From Lepidodermella squamata (taxonomy: Eukaryota > Animalia > Gastrotricha), in contig JBLDXI010000003.1 in assembly GCA_047495785.1 (NCBI GenBank), positions 620,001 through 684,000 of the forward strand: DNA of 64,000 nucleotides, in the 5' to 3' direction. The notes under the pieces are model-generated. The model was not told the DNA's origin and did not search any database. It saw nothing but the letters and a program-made list of their open reading frames with translations. The position numbers and the translations under genes are program-made. Below are positions 25,571 to 39,734 of the stretch, one piece after another; positions within the stretch are counted from its first letter, which is position 1, and each line of letters starts with the position of its first letter.

Positions 25571-26959
25571 AACGCCGAAAAATCCACATGTGCGACGACA
25601 AACGAAGCATATAATGAACGTTATATTTAACATTGAATAATCGAATCCGCGCGCGATTTCGCTACAACGCAAGACCACGTGTGTGCTACGTTCACAACTA
25701 CTTTCATTTACACGATTTTTGATCTGTTTGTTCGAGGTGTTGCTGAACGTGGCCGAGTATCGTTTTTCTGAGATTTGTCAACTTTTCAAGAAATGACATG
25801 CCAAGATGCTGGAAAATCTTACCAATCGCATCCTTCCACAAATTATATTCCAGCCAATAGCGATTTTGTGGATTCTTTGGTTCCACTAAGAAAACAAATT
25901 TAAGCAACATTTAAAAATCAAATATAAATATAAATATACAAGTTACCCTTATGGACTGGTGCCATCAACTGGTCCCACTGCCATCGGCCATCATCAATTC
26001 ATCCCTCGGCTACAGCTTGCTAGTGTTATACGGATCCTCCAGATATTGAAGCGCTATCAGTGCAATCTAACATGAGAAAATGTAGAGAGTATTAAATCAA
26101 CGGGAATGAAATGTGAATAAATTTTGGATTAACAAATAGCAAACTGAATCCTTGGAAATTCTTTTGTATTTCACACTTCGTGCTGTTGACGCTCAAACAA
26201 CAGATCGGAACTACATTAACAGACGCTCATTTCAAGTACTGAATGGCCTATGCGCTGAGCAGGCATTGAGCCGAGCACTGGATATTGTCGAAATGTCGAA
26301 AGGCAGATAAGTAGTTTGAATAAATGCAGCAGGAGAGGGCACAGTCTAGGCGACCAAATATGAATATGTGATGCATGTTTTTGGTTCCGATCTAAAATCT
26401 AAATTGCTTCGCTACTGGCCCTTGTGTTCGACGCCTTATCAGGTTGAGGTTTGAATGGTCATGTTGTGGGACGAGCATTCTTGGATTCCAGAGCGAAATG
26501 TGCGTACTGAAGAAATTTACGGCTATCCATTCAATCCCAAATCACTCAAGACAGGTGGCTCAATGCGGCTTCTCCACTGTTCTTCCACTGTCGACTGTCA
26601 ATTATGCGACTATTTTACCGCAGATATGGCACAGAAGTCTGTTTATATGCGGCGTGACGTTTTCTCAAGTCTCAACTGATGCTTTGCCGTATACTGATGC
26701 TCGTACCGTTTACTTTCCTTATAATTCATTTTCTCATTTCTAGTTAAATTAAAAACCCTACCTCTTACCAACCATGTCTAACAATGAAAATACCAATGTT
26801 GATATTCCCATGTTCGATGAGGAGCATGGGGCGGGCATCGAAGAGCCAACGGCTCAGCCCACCGGCCAAAGCCAACAACAGCAACAACTTTCTTGCAAAC
26901 AATTGTCAAATTCAATAAAATCTTCCCCGAACCAAGAAGTTCCTCCTCATCCATGAAGG

Positions 26960-27490
26960 ATTTTTACACTAGGACGCAGCAAGCAGGCGAATCGATCGAA
27001 GCATACGCTTCGGCCCTTCGTTTGCTTGCGGCGCGCCTCGGGGTAGAAGTCGACACCCTAATAAACACCTTTTACGAAGGCCTGACGATAAAGTCCGCCT
27101 GGCGCTCAAAACAGCCACAAAGCCCACGTTTGACTGTACAGTAGCCCTGTATTGTCAGCCTATAGGGAATGAAGCAAAATGAAAAATATCATTTGCCCTA
27201 TATTTCAGATATCAAGGACTCAAAGACGGCTTCAGAAAAAGCTTTCGACGGCGTAATTGCCCGCCTCGTCAATCTCGAGCGAGCAGACAAGGCCGCATCC
27301 AGCGCTATTGGCAACCTTGGCGCAACTGTCAGTGGCAATGCTAACAGCGGGCAAGCGGCTCCGGCCAGAAGCGGCGACGCTTCGGCTCAACCTAGCAGGC
27401 CATGTGTATCTGGTGCCACTGCACCGACCACAAATCAATCGCCTGTCGGCACGCCAAGGAGTGCGACTGCTGCGGCCGCAAAAACCACAG
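26960..27490 (+). mobile_element. LTR retrotransposon gag fragment with two zinc knuckles
   Basis: RTQQAGESIEAYASALRLLAARL...FYEGL (gag Q..GES...Y motif) and CIWCHCTDHKSIAC..CDCCGRKNH; frameshifted. Confidence 0.8.
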
Positions 27491-27549
27491 TCCGCGACGG
27501 GTTCGACATCTCTCCGTTTTCACCTCGACATTCGACCTCGACACCGGCG

Positions 27550-27976
27550 ACTCATTGAACGATCTGTTCCAAGGCTTCACGCTACCTCAATGATTTCGGG
27601 ATTCCTTCCGGCTAGCAATCCGTCGATAATAACTGTCTCTGGTGGTTGGAAACTCACAAACAAACACCGAACGAAGCCACCACTAGAAGGGCGACCACGC
27701 TACCCGCGGAACCAGCTGTCAGTAGCAAAAGCACACGCGTCAAGCAAACGCAAGACCGCTAAAAAACGTTCAACGGCGCCCCAATCCTCAGCACCAAGGT
27801 CACCTGCACCCGGCTCCTCCGCTTGTTCTGGACCGAGAAAGCCCGGACAACCAAGGGGTGCGAAAGACACAGTGAAACGGAAACCACGCAGTAAAACTGG
27901 ATCGGCAAAGAAACCAAACAAAGACAATTATGATGATGGAGGTGGTGATATTATTATCGAAAATGATGATAATTGA
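27550..27976 (+). other. Second copy of the AT-hook-like ORF segment
   Basis: GPRKPGQPRGAKDTVKRKPRSK...DDIIIENDDN versus GPKRKPGRPKGAKDTVKRKPRTK...DDIIGDTDN at 18.6 kb. Confidence 0.6.
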
Positions 27977-30012
27977 TGCTTTTATGAATCTGCAAATTAG
28001 TTGAATGTTTTGTATTTGCGAGCCATACATCAAGGTGATCTCGTGATCTCGTTGGAAAGCTAACATTGATGGGGATACGCCCGCATCCCGCATGATTAGA
28101 TGCAGGTCTCACAACCGCGAATATCCGAATAATATTCTGTTAGCAAATTAATTCGTTTTGTGGTAAAATTGGGGCATAAGCGAGCAGATCAAAGAGGATT
28201 AATTTCAAACACAACTTATCAACATGGCTGTTACATGGCTGCAACAATTCTTCAACGAGAAGCCAAATGATGAGTCTGAGGCGACATCTACGCGACTTGC
28301 AAAAATGGTCACTTGAGAGAATAAACCCTCGACTCCACCCCAGTAACAACAAGCTATGATCTGCGAAGCGAAGCGCTTTTTGAGTCCTAATCCTTGAGGA
28401 TAGGCATGCCCCCCACATTGGCGCTATTGCAAACGCTTTTTAGGAGGTTCTGCCACCAGGTCGTCTGATTCCAGGTGAGCGCCGGCCTGACGAGACATAG
28501 ATGACAACGATCAGCGCAATGTTGACATTCAGGACGCGCTGATTCTTAACGATCGTTTTCGATACGCTTACGGACGACTTTTAGGAGGAATGTTTTTGGA
28601 AACGTTTCTACTTTGGTCATTTGCCTGGAAGTGTTGGGAGACAAGGAGCTGTGGGTTGGTTGTCACTATTCTTTGCGGAGGGTGCTGTGTTAAGCTGGTT
28701 GACTCGAGCATATAATGGGACGAATGGGCAAGGTGGAAAAATTATTCGAAGGTTCGCTTTCTATCAATTAATGAACCACCCGATGCTTGAAAATTGCGCC
28801 GGAACGATGACTAACGAAATAGAGGTAGACTAACGAAATAGACTAACGAACTATTCTCGAATTCCTCGGTGAGGAGGAGCTGCCGCTTAACTTTCGATTC
28901 TACAACACGGCTGTGATTAATCATGAAAGCTACGATGGCAGACTGCTTCGACGTGGTGCTAGGAGACGCTTGCCACGCTCATTCGGCGTTGTTTTTCAAG
29001 AAAATTCACAGTCTTACATGATACATATGTATATCGTATATCGGTTGTAGAGGCTAATTATATTTACAACAGGGGGCTGGCGATCGAGGAAAATATCCCT
29101 AACGTTGGCCAACGAATTATGAATTTTCTGGATGTGCTCGCGCGAAACTCTAAACGCCCGCAGAGCTGCCGTAGCTTCGGTAGAGGTTCTAGCCCAGCGT
29201 CTATTTTTCATCCCATTTTTGAGCGAGCTTTTTTTTACGTCATTCCATGGCAGTTGGGCGAAGAAAGTTGTGCCACTTAGAGTGTTATAACTTCGTGTTT
29301 ATAAATTTTGATTACTCTCGTGAAAGAAGGCAAATCTGATCCACGATATTCTGCCGATTTTACCGGTGGTCCAATGAAATTACAAATTCACAAACCATAA
29401 TCGCAGCACTGAAATTATCCAGCGAGGAGTAAATTTCGAAGTCGTCGGGTGGATTCGCTGAAGGTCGGTGCGGTCGTCGTCACCCGAGCGCGTCAGCTCA
29501 AGGCATTTCCATTCGGCCGTTCAGAGAACGTCTCCCGATACCATTGCGTCTTATCTAAAATAAAAGTAAAGTAAATCACCGGAAATGAAGCGGGAATCTA
29601 TTTTGAATCTTCGAATATCAGCGAATTAATCCACCTGATGAAATTCTTTTCAAAATTGAATCGGAATCACCCCTGTCAGCAGGCAAGCAGGCTCCCGTCT
29701 TTTGAATTGGTGTGCAACAAAATGTCTTCATTGTCCTAGCGATCGATACGTGGCTAATTTTAAGCTTTTTAACCGATCTAGGATGAAACCGTCCTATGAA
29801 TTATTCTCCTATAATTCCCAAAATCTGTGCCCTTCTCCGTCGCAACTCTTTGCGCTCGGTAATGCCGAATACAGATCCGAGGATGGGCGAACTTTGAGGA
29901 CTAAAAAGGCATGCCACTCTAGGTCTTATAGTAAGTGGATAAGATGAACATTTCCGTATGACGAAGTTAGATTAATTCAGTCAAGCCGACACTCCCAATT
30001 ATTCATTTTGCA

Positions 30013-30453
30013 ATGCGTTGCTATCTGCGTCCAGGCAATGTTGATGCGCAGGCGACGGCATTTTTTCTGTTATTGATGGACGTCTGGTTCGATTGCCTCC
30101 ACGGCAACAAGGAGTTAGTTCATGGGGACCTTCTTAATTTGAAGCCTAACATTGGTCCGTACCACGTGTCTGATGATAAACGTCTCGTCTGGTTGGAGGA
30201 AACCTTTGTTCCGCTGATCAAGAAGATAAATCTGCAAAACAAGAAGGACGAAACGTCGCTCTGGTGGCAAGCTAATCGCGGTCTCCAAGAGACCTCGCTT
30301 AATTCTGTTAGTCTTGTTCGCCACGCTCTGGGTAAACCCGTCCAAACTTTCGTACCAGCTCGTGCTAACCACGACCATAATGAAGCCCTATTCAGCCAAT
30401 TTCGGCGTGACAGTGGCTCTTCAAAATCAAATCCTAACATGGCGGAAATCTAA
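30013..30453 (+). mobile_element. P-element/THAP9-like transposase fragment
   Basis: ATAFFLLLMDVWFDCL...ARANHDHNEALFSQFRRDSGSSKSNP matches TA.F....D..FD.L and R..QD..E..F...R..GG...NP. Confidence 0.75.
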
Positions 30454-31759
30454 AGAAGGGCCGGTATTTTGCGTCACGGCGGTGGTTTTTTTGGGGCGTG
30501 CTATCATTTCAAAACCCTAGCCTTTGACGATATACCACCTTTTCCATGTGAACCGTCCCGCCTGCTGCACTGGTAAAACAGAAGTGAACTCGAACCTGAA
30601 CAAGATGATTCTGGCATGAAAACTTTTTTGATACTTATATTTGAGATTATATAGCTCATACTTGCTCATAGAAATAAGCAATTGTTCAAATCCTCACTCT
30701 TATTTTGCTACGACCAATTTTATCTTCCAATATTTGATTCTATGAATTATTTTTTCTATCGTTTTTTCTTAGTGATTAAATTGACGAAGATTTTGATAAT
30801 GCACTTCTGTGCTAGCAATTCTGAAGCTGACTGAGGCCACGTCGACCGATTCTGACCAATCCCAAAAATTGCGGGGAAAAGATTCAAGAACCCGATGCTC
30901 CTACAACCGGCTTCAAAATGCGGCAACTAGATATGCAGCCAGTGCAGCAAATCAGCTTATAGCAGCCACAGCTTTGAACAATTAGGTCGGTATCAAGCAT
31001 CGAGCGACAGAGAGCACCGTCGGATACGTAAACGTCTGCAGACGATTTCAATATCGGCATAACTTCGACAGCTTACTATTTACCATGTTTTTTTACATTG
31101 AAGTTCACAGGCGGCAAGTCGGGAGATGGAGGTGAGTACGAACAGGACGACGGGGCCGAGTTCGCTGCCAAGCTAAAACCTAGCTTGCCGAAAAATACTG
31201 CGACACGTATATCGGAATGACTATCCACATTCATTTTCTTTTTGAAGATTGATTACTCATTTGCGAATAATACATGGTGGACGTCCCTTTCGGCAACGAT
31301 GAAGGGATACTTTTTGCGGCTGCAGTAGCTTCTGAAGTTGACCCCAGCACTGATTAAAGCTCAGCCCCAAAGAAACCGACATCCTGGAACAGTGTTAGAA
31401 TTTTCGTATGTATGGCTGTAACGATTGCACTCTGATTGCGAAGACTAGCATGCCTGATATGAGTGAACCATGAACCTGATATTTCGCCATTGCTTTTCTG
31501 CGTATACATTGACGGCTTGGAAGCGTTCGCTGTCTCCCGCTTCCAGACGATGTGTTGTTACTTTCTGCTCACAACCGCGAGATGGACGCCTCGCCAAATA
31601 TGGACGTGAAAACCATCTAACGGTCCTACCATCTAAAATCTAAGATTTCAGAATAACATGTATGAAAGCATGTAAAATCATGTCAAAGGAAAATCTAGCT
31701 CAAAATCGCGACGAAAAGCGTTGTATAATGCTGTTTTAAATTGTAGAAGCAAGTGAACA

Positions 31760-31898
31760 TTTGTTGGGAGCAAAAGCTTTGGGGCAAGTGACCCGTAGCA
31801 AGAGAACTTCGGAGCGAGTGAACTCGGGAGCAAGTGACCGGGAGCAAGTGAAGGAGCAACTGACCATACCACAGCTGCAAGAGTGGTATGGTCAGTTG
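31760..31898. repeat. Degenerate ggagcaagtga-type direct repeats ending in a perfect 16-bp hairpin
   Basis: Repeated ggagcaa/ggggcaagtgacc units; caactgaccataccac-N10-gtggtatggtcagttg at 31857-31898. Confidence 0.6.
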
Positions 31899-34800
31899 GC
31901 GGCCCACTTGTCAGCGACCCACCCTGCCAATACACCATTCGATTTGCCAAGTCGAGTAAATTTGAAGAATATATAGACATGTGATGTCCAGTGGCCATTA
32001 AGGCATACTGACCACGAACAATATGTGAAAATCTGCGATTTAAAATTTGACTTAAAGCTGTCCAGATGACACTATTTCCAGTCGTATTGACATCAAGGTA
32101 GCATATGGATAAGATTTGGCGCGCGAATTTCAGTGCTCATTTCGACTAAACCAACTCTGCTATCATTTCTAAATTCCTCATTTCTCTGCTATCTTGGAAA
32201 TGACATCAGCTGAAGAAGTTTTGTCAAAACTTGCCAACTGGAGAGAACTTAATTTATCGTCGAAGTCAAGAGTTGGGCTATGCAGATTTGTTTTATTTTT
32301 CCCTTTATCCCTACAGGGCGAGATGAAGACTCGGTATGGGCCTATGTCAGCAAGAAGCTGCATAAGGACGAAGATTGGGATCACAGGAAGTATGCTTACG
32401 AACAGTATCGCGAAGAGATGCGTAAGAAAGGAGGCGGAGGTACTTCGAAACACCTCGAAGAACTCGAACAACGCAACCAATTGCCACCTGCTGAGCAGTT
32501 CGTCGTCAAAGTACCATTTACGGAGACGTTCAACCCGGTTGCAAAGAAAAGCGGAACACTCCGAAACGGTAAACCCCGCATGAAATTCAAATTTGACACA
32601 GGTTGGGCACTCTGCGCGACACTTCCAAGCCAGTCACGGGTTGTCGCATCTTCTTCGATACTCATGGCATTTCCCAGGGCACACGAATAGCAACTGGGAA
32701 CGGCGAATGCCAATATTCTAAGTGCCGAAAGTTCGAATTCCACTGTGATTTGGACGGGCATGCTTCTGGCTTTCGAGCCTAAAGTTGTTTCAGGTAGTAA
32801 TTACAGAGTTTTTGAAGACCCATTTATCTATTTAAACTGGCAGGAACCTTCAATCATGACGGAGAGCCTCGAGTCGAAATGATTTCCGGCGCAAAACGCG
32901 ATGAAATGGCCGAAGAGCTCAAGAAGACGACAGCGAAAAAGTTGCATGGCGAAATTATGGGGGAAATTCCTAGAAAAGACTTCCCTGATCTTATTCTGAA
33001 TAATTCTGCCTTGAAAGGGTTAATATACCGAAAACTTGAATGAATGACATGTTTTTGAAAATCGCGGTCTAATAAGCGTTTATTAGCTGCGCTCCATGCT
33101 ACAGACTGCTTTCCATGACATTCAACATGGCCGAAAATTTCATCTCAAAATCAGCAACCACATCGCTCGCGCGATAGGTGTCCGCAAATTTCACGCTAAT
33201 TTGAAACAATAAAACTTTCCTTAAAGTTTCGATAGGTAGTATGCACATTTCCCGGTGGTCCAAAGTCCAAATGAAATTACTAATTCACAAACCTGGATCA
33301 CATCACTGACATTATCGGCGTAGGGACATCGCCGAATTCGCCGAATTTCGCGGTCTTCGTTACGTGAGCGCATCCGGCTCAGGCATTTCGATATGGCCGG
33401 TTGGAGCTGGGTTGTACGGACGGATCTCCCGATATCATAGTGCTATGGCGCATCCTCTAAAATGAGAAAATAAATCTGGAGTAAGTCATCAAAAATAAAG
33501 CGGGACTCTATTTTGAATCTCGAACAGAAGCATAATTGAACTTCTTCATGAATTGTTTTTTTCAAAAAAAATTCGCTCAACTCATTGATCAATTGTCACC
33601 GGGCATGCCGGCTTTACACATTCGGGAGCTACTGTGGTTAACATTAGCGAGATTTGATTTACAAATGCGGCATCTCCGCTGCTCTTCCATTATCAGCTGT
33701 TTGCCATTGCGCTGTTGACTAACTGTTTGCCACTGCGGATACGGCCCACTGTTGCAATTATGGCGGTGGGCATATCGCAAGCTCGAAGGACTGTCCTTCG
33801 CACCGGCCCTCGGCTGGCTGAAGCGAAAGTTTCATGAGTCGGGTGGTAACGGGTCGGGGGGGTGCCATCACTCAAAATTAGGATAGTTAATTAAGATGAT
33901 GGGATAATTAAGAAATGGGATAGTTGGGTTCCCACTGTGGATGGGAGAAGGAGATCCCGCCGGTCCGTCCGCGATCTTCCGTCACGCGTGACGCCGTAGG
34001 GGCATAATTTGATCTGCCCGATCGGCGTCCATTTCGGAGCTATCTCTGCGGCCTTCGCCATTCGACCCTGTTCAGGCGCAGTTCCAGGTCGATGCGACCC
34101 GTTATCACAACCAGTATCAACATAGTCCGGCTGATGGGCCGACGCTAAGTAAGGAGCTGATCTGCCCATTTTGCTCTAAAGCGAAGCCCAAGAAGAATTT
34201 CCGGCGACATTGCCTTGCTTGCGCCAACAATGGTAGAGCGAGCGAAGGAAATGCTGAAGCTGAAATAGCCGCTGCGATTTCCGCCGCTGAAAGCTGAAAC
34301 ACCCGAGGAGCACAACACCAGGCTGATCAGAGAAAAAGTGACTACAACCCTAAAAAGTCGCTGAAATCGTAAGCAAACCATGCGGAACGTCGTCGCAATT
34401 TCCATGTCGCCATCAAAACTGTTTACTAATTTTAGGCAGGAAAATATGAAGTCTTCATCGAGGCGCAAAGCTAAAATGTATGATATTCTTGAGCGCGGCA
34501 GGCGCCTTTACAATGCACATTCTGTCTTTCTCAACATGACATGGCAGCGGACCCAGCGTCACCTCATCGAGCTATTGAAGCGTATCAACCTTGTCGGTAA
34601 CATCTCAACCATATTGCCATCCAATTCCAAAGCGAGGACGCAATCAAGAACAAGAGCCATCTATCTTTATATGGACATTCACGTCACGGATGCCCCCGAT
34701 ACTATCACCAGAAAGATTTGTTGCGATCCGCGTGAGTTTTTCTCTGAGCACTATGGCACCGACTATGAGTCGCTCGGGCGCTTCGGTTTTGTGAAGAATT

Positions 34801-35267
34801 TCGACCACTTTATTTTAGAGCCTTTTTCCCGGCAAAAACCAAACAGAACGTTTCTCAACAACTTGGAACGTTTGACGTGTTTGTGGATTGCAGTTTGACG
34901 ATCAAGATGGCAAACCTATTTCTGGAGCAAGTAGTATTTACCTGATAGTAGTCGTCATGTTTTCCTTGGCTCGCCTATGGCCATTCGGGCTCAACTTTAG
35001 CAATTCAACGTGCTGTTGAAAATGTCCCACAAAAGGTCACCATGGCTGCCGAACCGGGCTTGATGGCCAAACGGGCAAAGAAATATCAAAAGATTAATGA
35101 AAAAATTTCTAAAATTGTTGATGTTTTCGTTGCCAAACCCAGCAAAGACAAACAGCTCGTTTACGCGACGCTGGACAAACCGTCGGTTAACATGCTCTCT
35201 TTATCAAAACTATATAAATCAGACTTGTTGATTTCTCACATATCAAATTTTTGCGTCATTAAATTCG

Positions 35268-35562
35268 GCATTTCGGCAAAATGACTGGCTCGTAAAAGGT
35301 CTTCCAGCAAACAGGACAATCCAAGGCCTGATATAAATTACAACGAACAGGGACTATTTGAGTGGGTGTTTTCGAAATGCAGAATTTTAGCGATTCTGCC
35401 AAATATCAGTTAGGGAACCATATGTTACCCTAGGAAAAGAACAGAGTGTGACTAATGTACAACATTTACCTAAAAATTGTAGGAAATTCATAGAGAAAAA
35501 AATGACCAGATGACCAGAGCTATAACTCAAGCTCAAGCTTTGAAGCTAAAATTTGAGTCCGA
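35268..35562 (-). pseudogene. Duplicated 5' piece of the RING-ankyrin gene (start of RING exon plus upstream sequence)
   Basis: catttcggcaaaatgactggctcgtaaaaggtcttccagcaaacaggacaatccaaggcctga aligns with 11575-11637; similarity continues to about 11870. Confidence 0.85.
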
Positions 35563-35699
35563 AGTATACCAGCTGTATACTTTACATTTCTACGTCGGAT
35601 GTTTTCAAGTATCACAAGGATCACAAGGTCAAGCTATCTTGCGAAGGGTAAATACTGGAATTTCAGTAAATTAATCAATTAAGCTTCATCCAACTTATC

Positions 35700-36010
35700 G
35701 GTTAGGTCTCCGGTACGACTATTTGCGCAATGCCGACATTCAAACCGCCGTTCGTCTTCTGGCCGCTTTGGCTTTCCTGCCCTCATCAGGCTTGGTACTG
35801 AGGATGTTCCGCCACCTTCCTATAAAATTACTGCACTACGGGCTACTTATCCACCACGAAAAGCTGAAAGATTTGCACATATATTTTAGAAATACATCTG
35901 GGCCATGCCGGTGAGTTTGGCCAGCAAATAGTCCCGCGCTTCCCCATTGATCAGTGGAGCCAGTACGACCGCTCGGCTCCCGCGGTCGGACGCCTCGTTG
36001 GGGGGATTCC
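35700..36010 (+). mobile_element. MULE-like transposase fragment
   Basis: IQTAVRLLAALAFLP...LHIYFRNT...FPIDQWSQY (ALAF.P...YF..T...FP...W..Y). Confidence 0.65.
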
Positions 36011-37276
36011 ACTACGGGTGCAGTGGGACTCTGGGTGACAAGCAGCCACTTCCCAAGTTCTTTGATCGTCTTTTGGTAAGCTTACAATCGTTTGGGCTCG
36101 AAATTCCATGCTAACTTATTTTCTGTGTAGATCGAACAAAACCATTACGAAGATACCCTTCACCACTTGGAAAGTGGCCGGCAAGTTTAATCAGCCGAGA
36201 CATGCTGATTACGTTCAGCTAGACACTGAACTTTCGAACATCGTACGCGCAGCTCGTCAAAAAACACATTCCATGGTACTAATGAACAACTAATGCAATA
36301 ATTGCGTGATGTCGTCGCCGCATTTGAACGCCATGCCATCAATTGGCATGTCGACGACTTGGGTGATCCCGGTGGTCGGATGGAAACCGACGACGAAGAC
36401 GAGGCAACAGCAACAAACAACTAATTATGAACAATCGATACGAATAACGCCATTAATTATGATCAGTTTACATTAATTTGGCTTCAAAATTATGACTAAA
36501 AATGTGTAAGTATCTATCCCATATAGATACCAAGGGGCAGTTGATCGAAGGTCATTTACTGTCATCTCCTCATTTTTTAATTATCTTGCACCGCCGAATA
36601 TTTATCAAAGTTCCCACGGAAATATGATAAAAAAACACCATTTATCGTACTTTTAGCATAATTTACACACCTTTATTACGAAAACCCTATATATTATTGC
36701 ACAAATTATATGTTACGACGGATTGTTGAGTCGATATCCCATGGCGTAACACGTTTTTAGTACCGAGAAGAAGGGTATATATACCAACGCCGTGAATTGA
36801 TTTTCATCCACTTCATCATCATTATTTGAATTACTATCCGATTTTCGATCAATCAATGGCGAGAACATTGGCTTTGGCCCGAAAAGCCGCCGGGCGGCGT
36901 CGAACAGCAAAGCGCGCTCGAAAACCACGGGCGAGTTTTTCCTTGGCCGACAAGGAGCGGCTGGTAAGCCTGGCGAAAATAATACTTTGATTCTCTTAAA
37001 GACAAGAACTCCTCTAACGAGACTGCATTGGCAAAGCAAAGTGTTTGGAAGACAATTGCTCGCGAATATGCGAAGAAGCCATAGCGACTGGATCAACCTC
37101 CACTCTGCTTGCTTCTTCACTCAACTCTTCTGAACAGAACCCGTTCCAAAAGTACGATTGAACATGGCTGAATCAGATTGACATTATATAACGAACAATG
37201 ACTTTCTTATTTTTCACTTTTCATGATACATTAGTTGTGATAGAAGATAGAGCTAGAAGGTCGACCATTTTTAGTA

Positions 37277-38947
37277 GCGGTAGTGCCGCCTTTCCTCAAC
37301 CGCCTTTCCTCAACATACAGTTTCCTCAACGTATTGTTTACACAACATGTGCACAACTCAACCGTGCGCGCGAGTGGGGCTCGGGTACGGGCGCGCGACG
37401 CGTGCGCGACGTGATGTTTGAAAACAGGTGACATCTATTATTATCACGACCGTAGCCAGTCCACCTTAATTGAAGGCCACTTACCTAATTGCCACGGTTG
37501 TTGAGACTATTGTTAAGATTTTCGCTGTTGATTTTATTACGAATTACCGAGGATTTCCTTGAATTGCCCCAGCAGTATTGTTCAGTGTGCCGCTCATGGA
37601 CGGTATGCTAAAAAAGGCTCTCTAGCAGTGTGCGACTTTCAGGAGGGGATGGGGGGATCATTCCCCCCCCCCAGCTCGGCCGGGCCAGACAACAAAATGA
37701 AAATGTATCCCACTGTTTTGTTAATTTTGGAAGGTTCTGGAGCGTGTTTTAGTGGAAAATCACCAAAATTTTATCGCTTCGCTCGGTTATTAGCCGAAAT
37801 GACTCGTCATTTTGGCATATACAGCAAAAAATTTTTTTTCCATCCCTGGGAGCTCGGAGATCGAAGATCGCACCCTGCTCTCTAGGCAAGCTACCGAAGC
37901 CGGGTGTTCCTCACTTGCGCATGTATTTCGAAATTATTCGAACTTAAACTTCATACTTTAATACCGGAATCAAAAAAGGTGCAATGACTAGTTCATTTAT
38001 CGCGCGCCGCCCGCCGAAATTGACCGAGAACTTCACCCGAGCATCGATGCTTGCAAACCACCATAGAGCATAGAGCAGCCACTTTTTTAATCGCATATTA
38101 GATCAGAAAAGTAGCAGAAGACGCGCATGAGCCAATTCATTAATAATTAATTAAAATATTCGCCCAAAAATCTCAAAAATGTCGAATACGTGATCAAAAT
38201 TTAACATTTAAAAGTTGACCCGTATTAGCCGAAACACACGCCTATGTGTATCAATTTCGAAAAATTCCTGTGTGTTAACGGTGTCGAGCCTGTCCGATTA
38301 TGATATATATTTTGAAAGGCCATGATGTCATCTATCTACCATGATTTGTTCGATTTTTTCCCGAATTGCCATTAGGTAAAAAACATCAATATAACGTAAC
38401 ACAGTCAGCTGATTACGTAAAAAACAGAGGTAGCGTGATTTCTTTGACTTGCACTTTGACTTTAGCAGCCGTGTGTCCCTCGAAAAGTTTTATCCAATTC
38501 AACAAATCAGACCTATCGCTATCATTTAAAAAAATAACCATCCCAAGATATATAATTGCCTTGATGCTATTAATTTCCAAAAAATACTACACGCCGGTGT
38601 GTGCTCAGGCAGTAAGTGGAAAATCCAAGCAATAAAAGTTACGCAGTTGTGGTTACGCTCTTGAGAGTGAGGCAGGATGCGTGCCCCCATGAATCCTTAG
38701 CTTAGAATGAATACTTAGCAAGTCATCACTCCACGTCTCCCCCAGGAAGGAATTTTATAGCGTGACTTGAAGTCTTTGAGCGGCGCTGAGCGAACTCAAC
38801 GCGCCTTATCAATTTCATCGACTCGCTAATCCTACTTAATCCCACTTATGCTAGAAAGATGTTGAGCTAAGTACAGGTTGAGTAAATGCGTGTTGTGAAG
38901 CAAATATATGGTTGAGGAAAGGCGGTTGAGGAAAGGATGGCGAACCT
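37277..38947. mobile_element. Non-autonomous TIR element of about 1.7 kb with a nested insertion
   Basis: cctttcctcaaccgcctttcctcaac at about 37289 is the reverse complement of gttgaggaaaggcggttgaggaaagg at about 38911; weaker similarity extends about 80 bp. Confidence 0.65.
37626..37877. mobile_element. hAT-type MITE with 8-bp target-site duplication
   Basis: ctctctag|cagtgtgcga ... tcgcaccctg|ctctctag; a lone similar end lies at about 52324-52343. Confidence 0.85.
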
Positions 38948-39329
38948 TAGTAGCTAGGCAAGCCGAATTTGAAATAAACCATTATTGCATGCTTATTTTC
39001 GATTCAAAAAAGCATTAACAGGGTTTAGTCACGTGAATTATCGATCAATAATACTGCGTTCGATATCGTTCAATAATTTGATTCATTTCGATTTATTTAA
39101 AATTTGCGGAGTTGTCGCTGTTTCAAAATTGTATTAAATGTGTAAAGATAATTAGTTGTCGAGTTGTCGGTAATGAAATTAATTTAAAATTATTTTTTAT
39201 CGGTGTTTCCGGAGTTGCCTGGACTGAGTTGTCACTATCTGTACTGACTCGGCAGTTCACAATTAATTAATAAAATAAATTAAAAAAAATAATTACCGTC
39301 GAAAAAGAGCGAAAATTGAATTTTTCGTC

Positions 39330-39734
39330 GTTTTTCGCTGTCACTTTTCTAGAGGGGCCTGGTAATAAGTTAAAATAAAATGTGAAAGAACTTACTGATA
39401 ATAGGTTGCCGTTGAAATCGAGCGACTGATGGGCCGGTGGCAAATCACAATTCATCTGCATTTCTAACGATGCACACCGATCATCGATAGTGACAAATGC
39501 AGATATTTCACAATCGCACGTATAGTAGTCTAAATCCCAATAAACTTTGACAAAACAGCAATGTAGACCTTGATTTTTGCCAAGGTAAAACCTGCAAAGT
39601 TCACCCGACTTTCTCCGGCAATTTTTCCAACTAATATTCATGTGCAGTGGCTTGAAGTAACTGCCATAAACAGCGATTCTTTTGTTCTTCGAAGAAAGAC
39701 TAGCCAATTTTCAGCGAATAGGCGAGTCGAGATG
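39330..39734 (-). pseudogene. Exon of an unidentified gene family, paralog of 12232-12906
   Basis: ORF 39267..39707 KRIAVYGSYFKPLHMNISW...CDLPPAHQSLDFNGNLLSVSS; acceptor tttttatag at about 39735. Confidence 0.6.

Noticed and set aside
31195-31225. Penelope GIY-YIG fragment (CDTYIGMT)
   Set aside because: Only 8 residues with no supporting context.
33430-33470. Cassette as Helitron head-to-tail junctions (catagtgctatg hairpin, then CTAA / a|TC start)
   Set aside because: The hairpin occurs only in one subfamily, CTAA is not followed by T, and paired - strand donor/acceptor conservation explains the motif better. Not fully excluded; a genome-wide terminus analysis would decide.
34200-34240. 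LTR start or primer-binding site (tgttggcgcaagcaagg on -)
   Set aside because: No second LTR or adjoining gag found.
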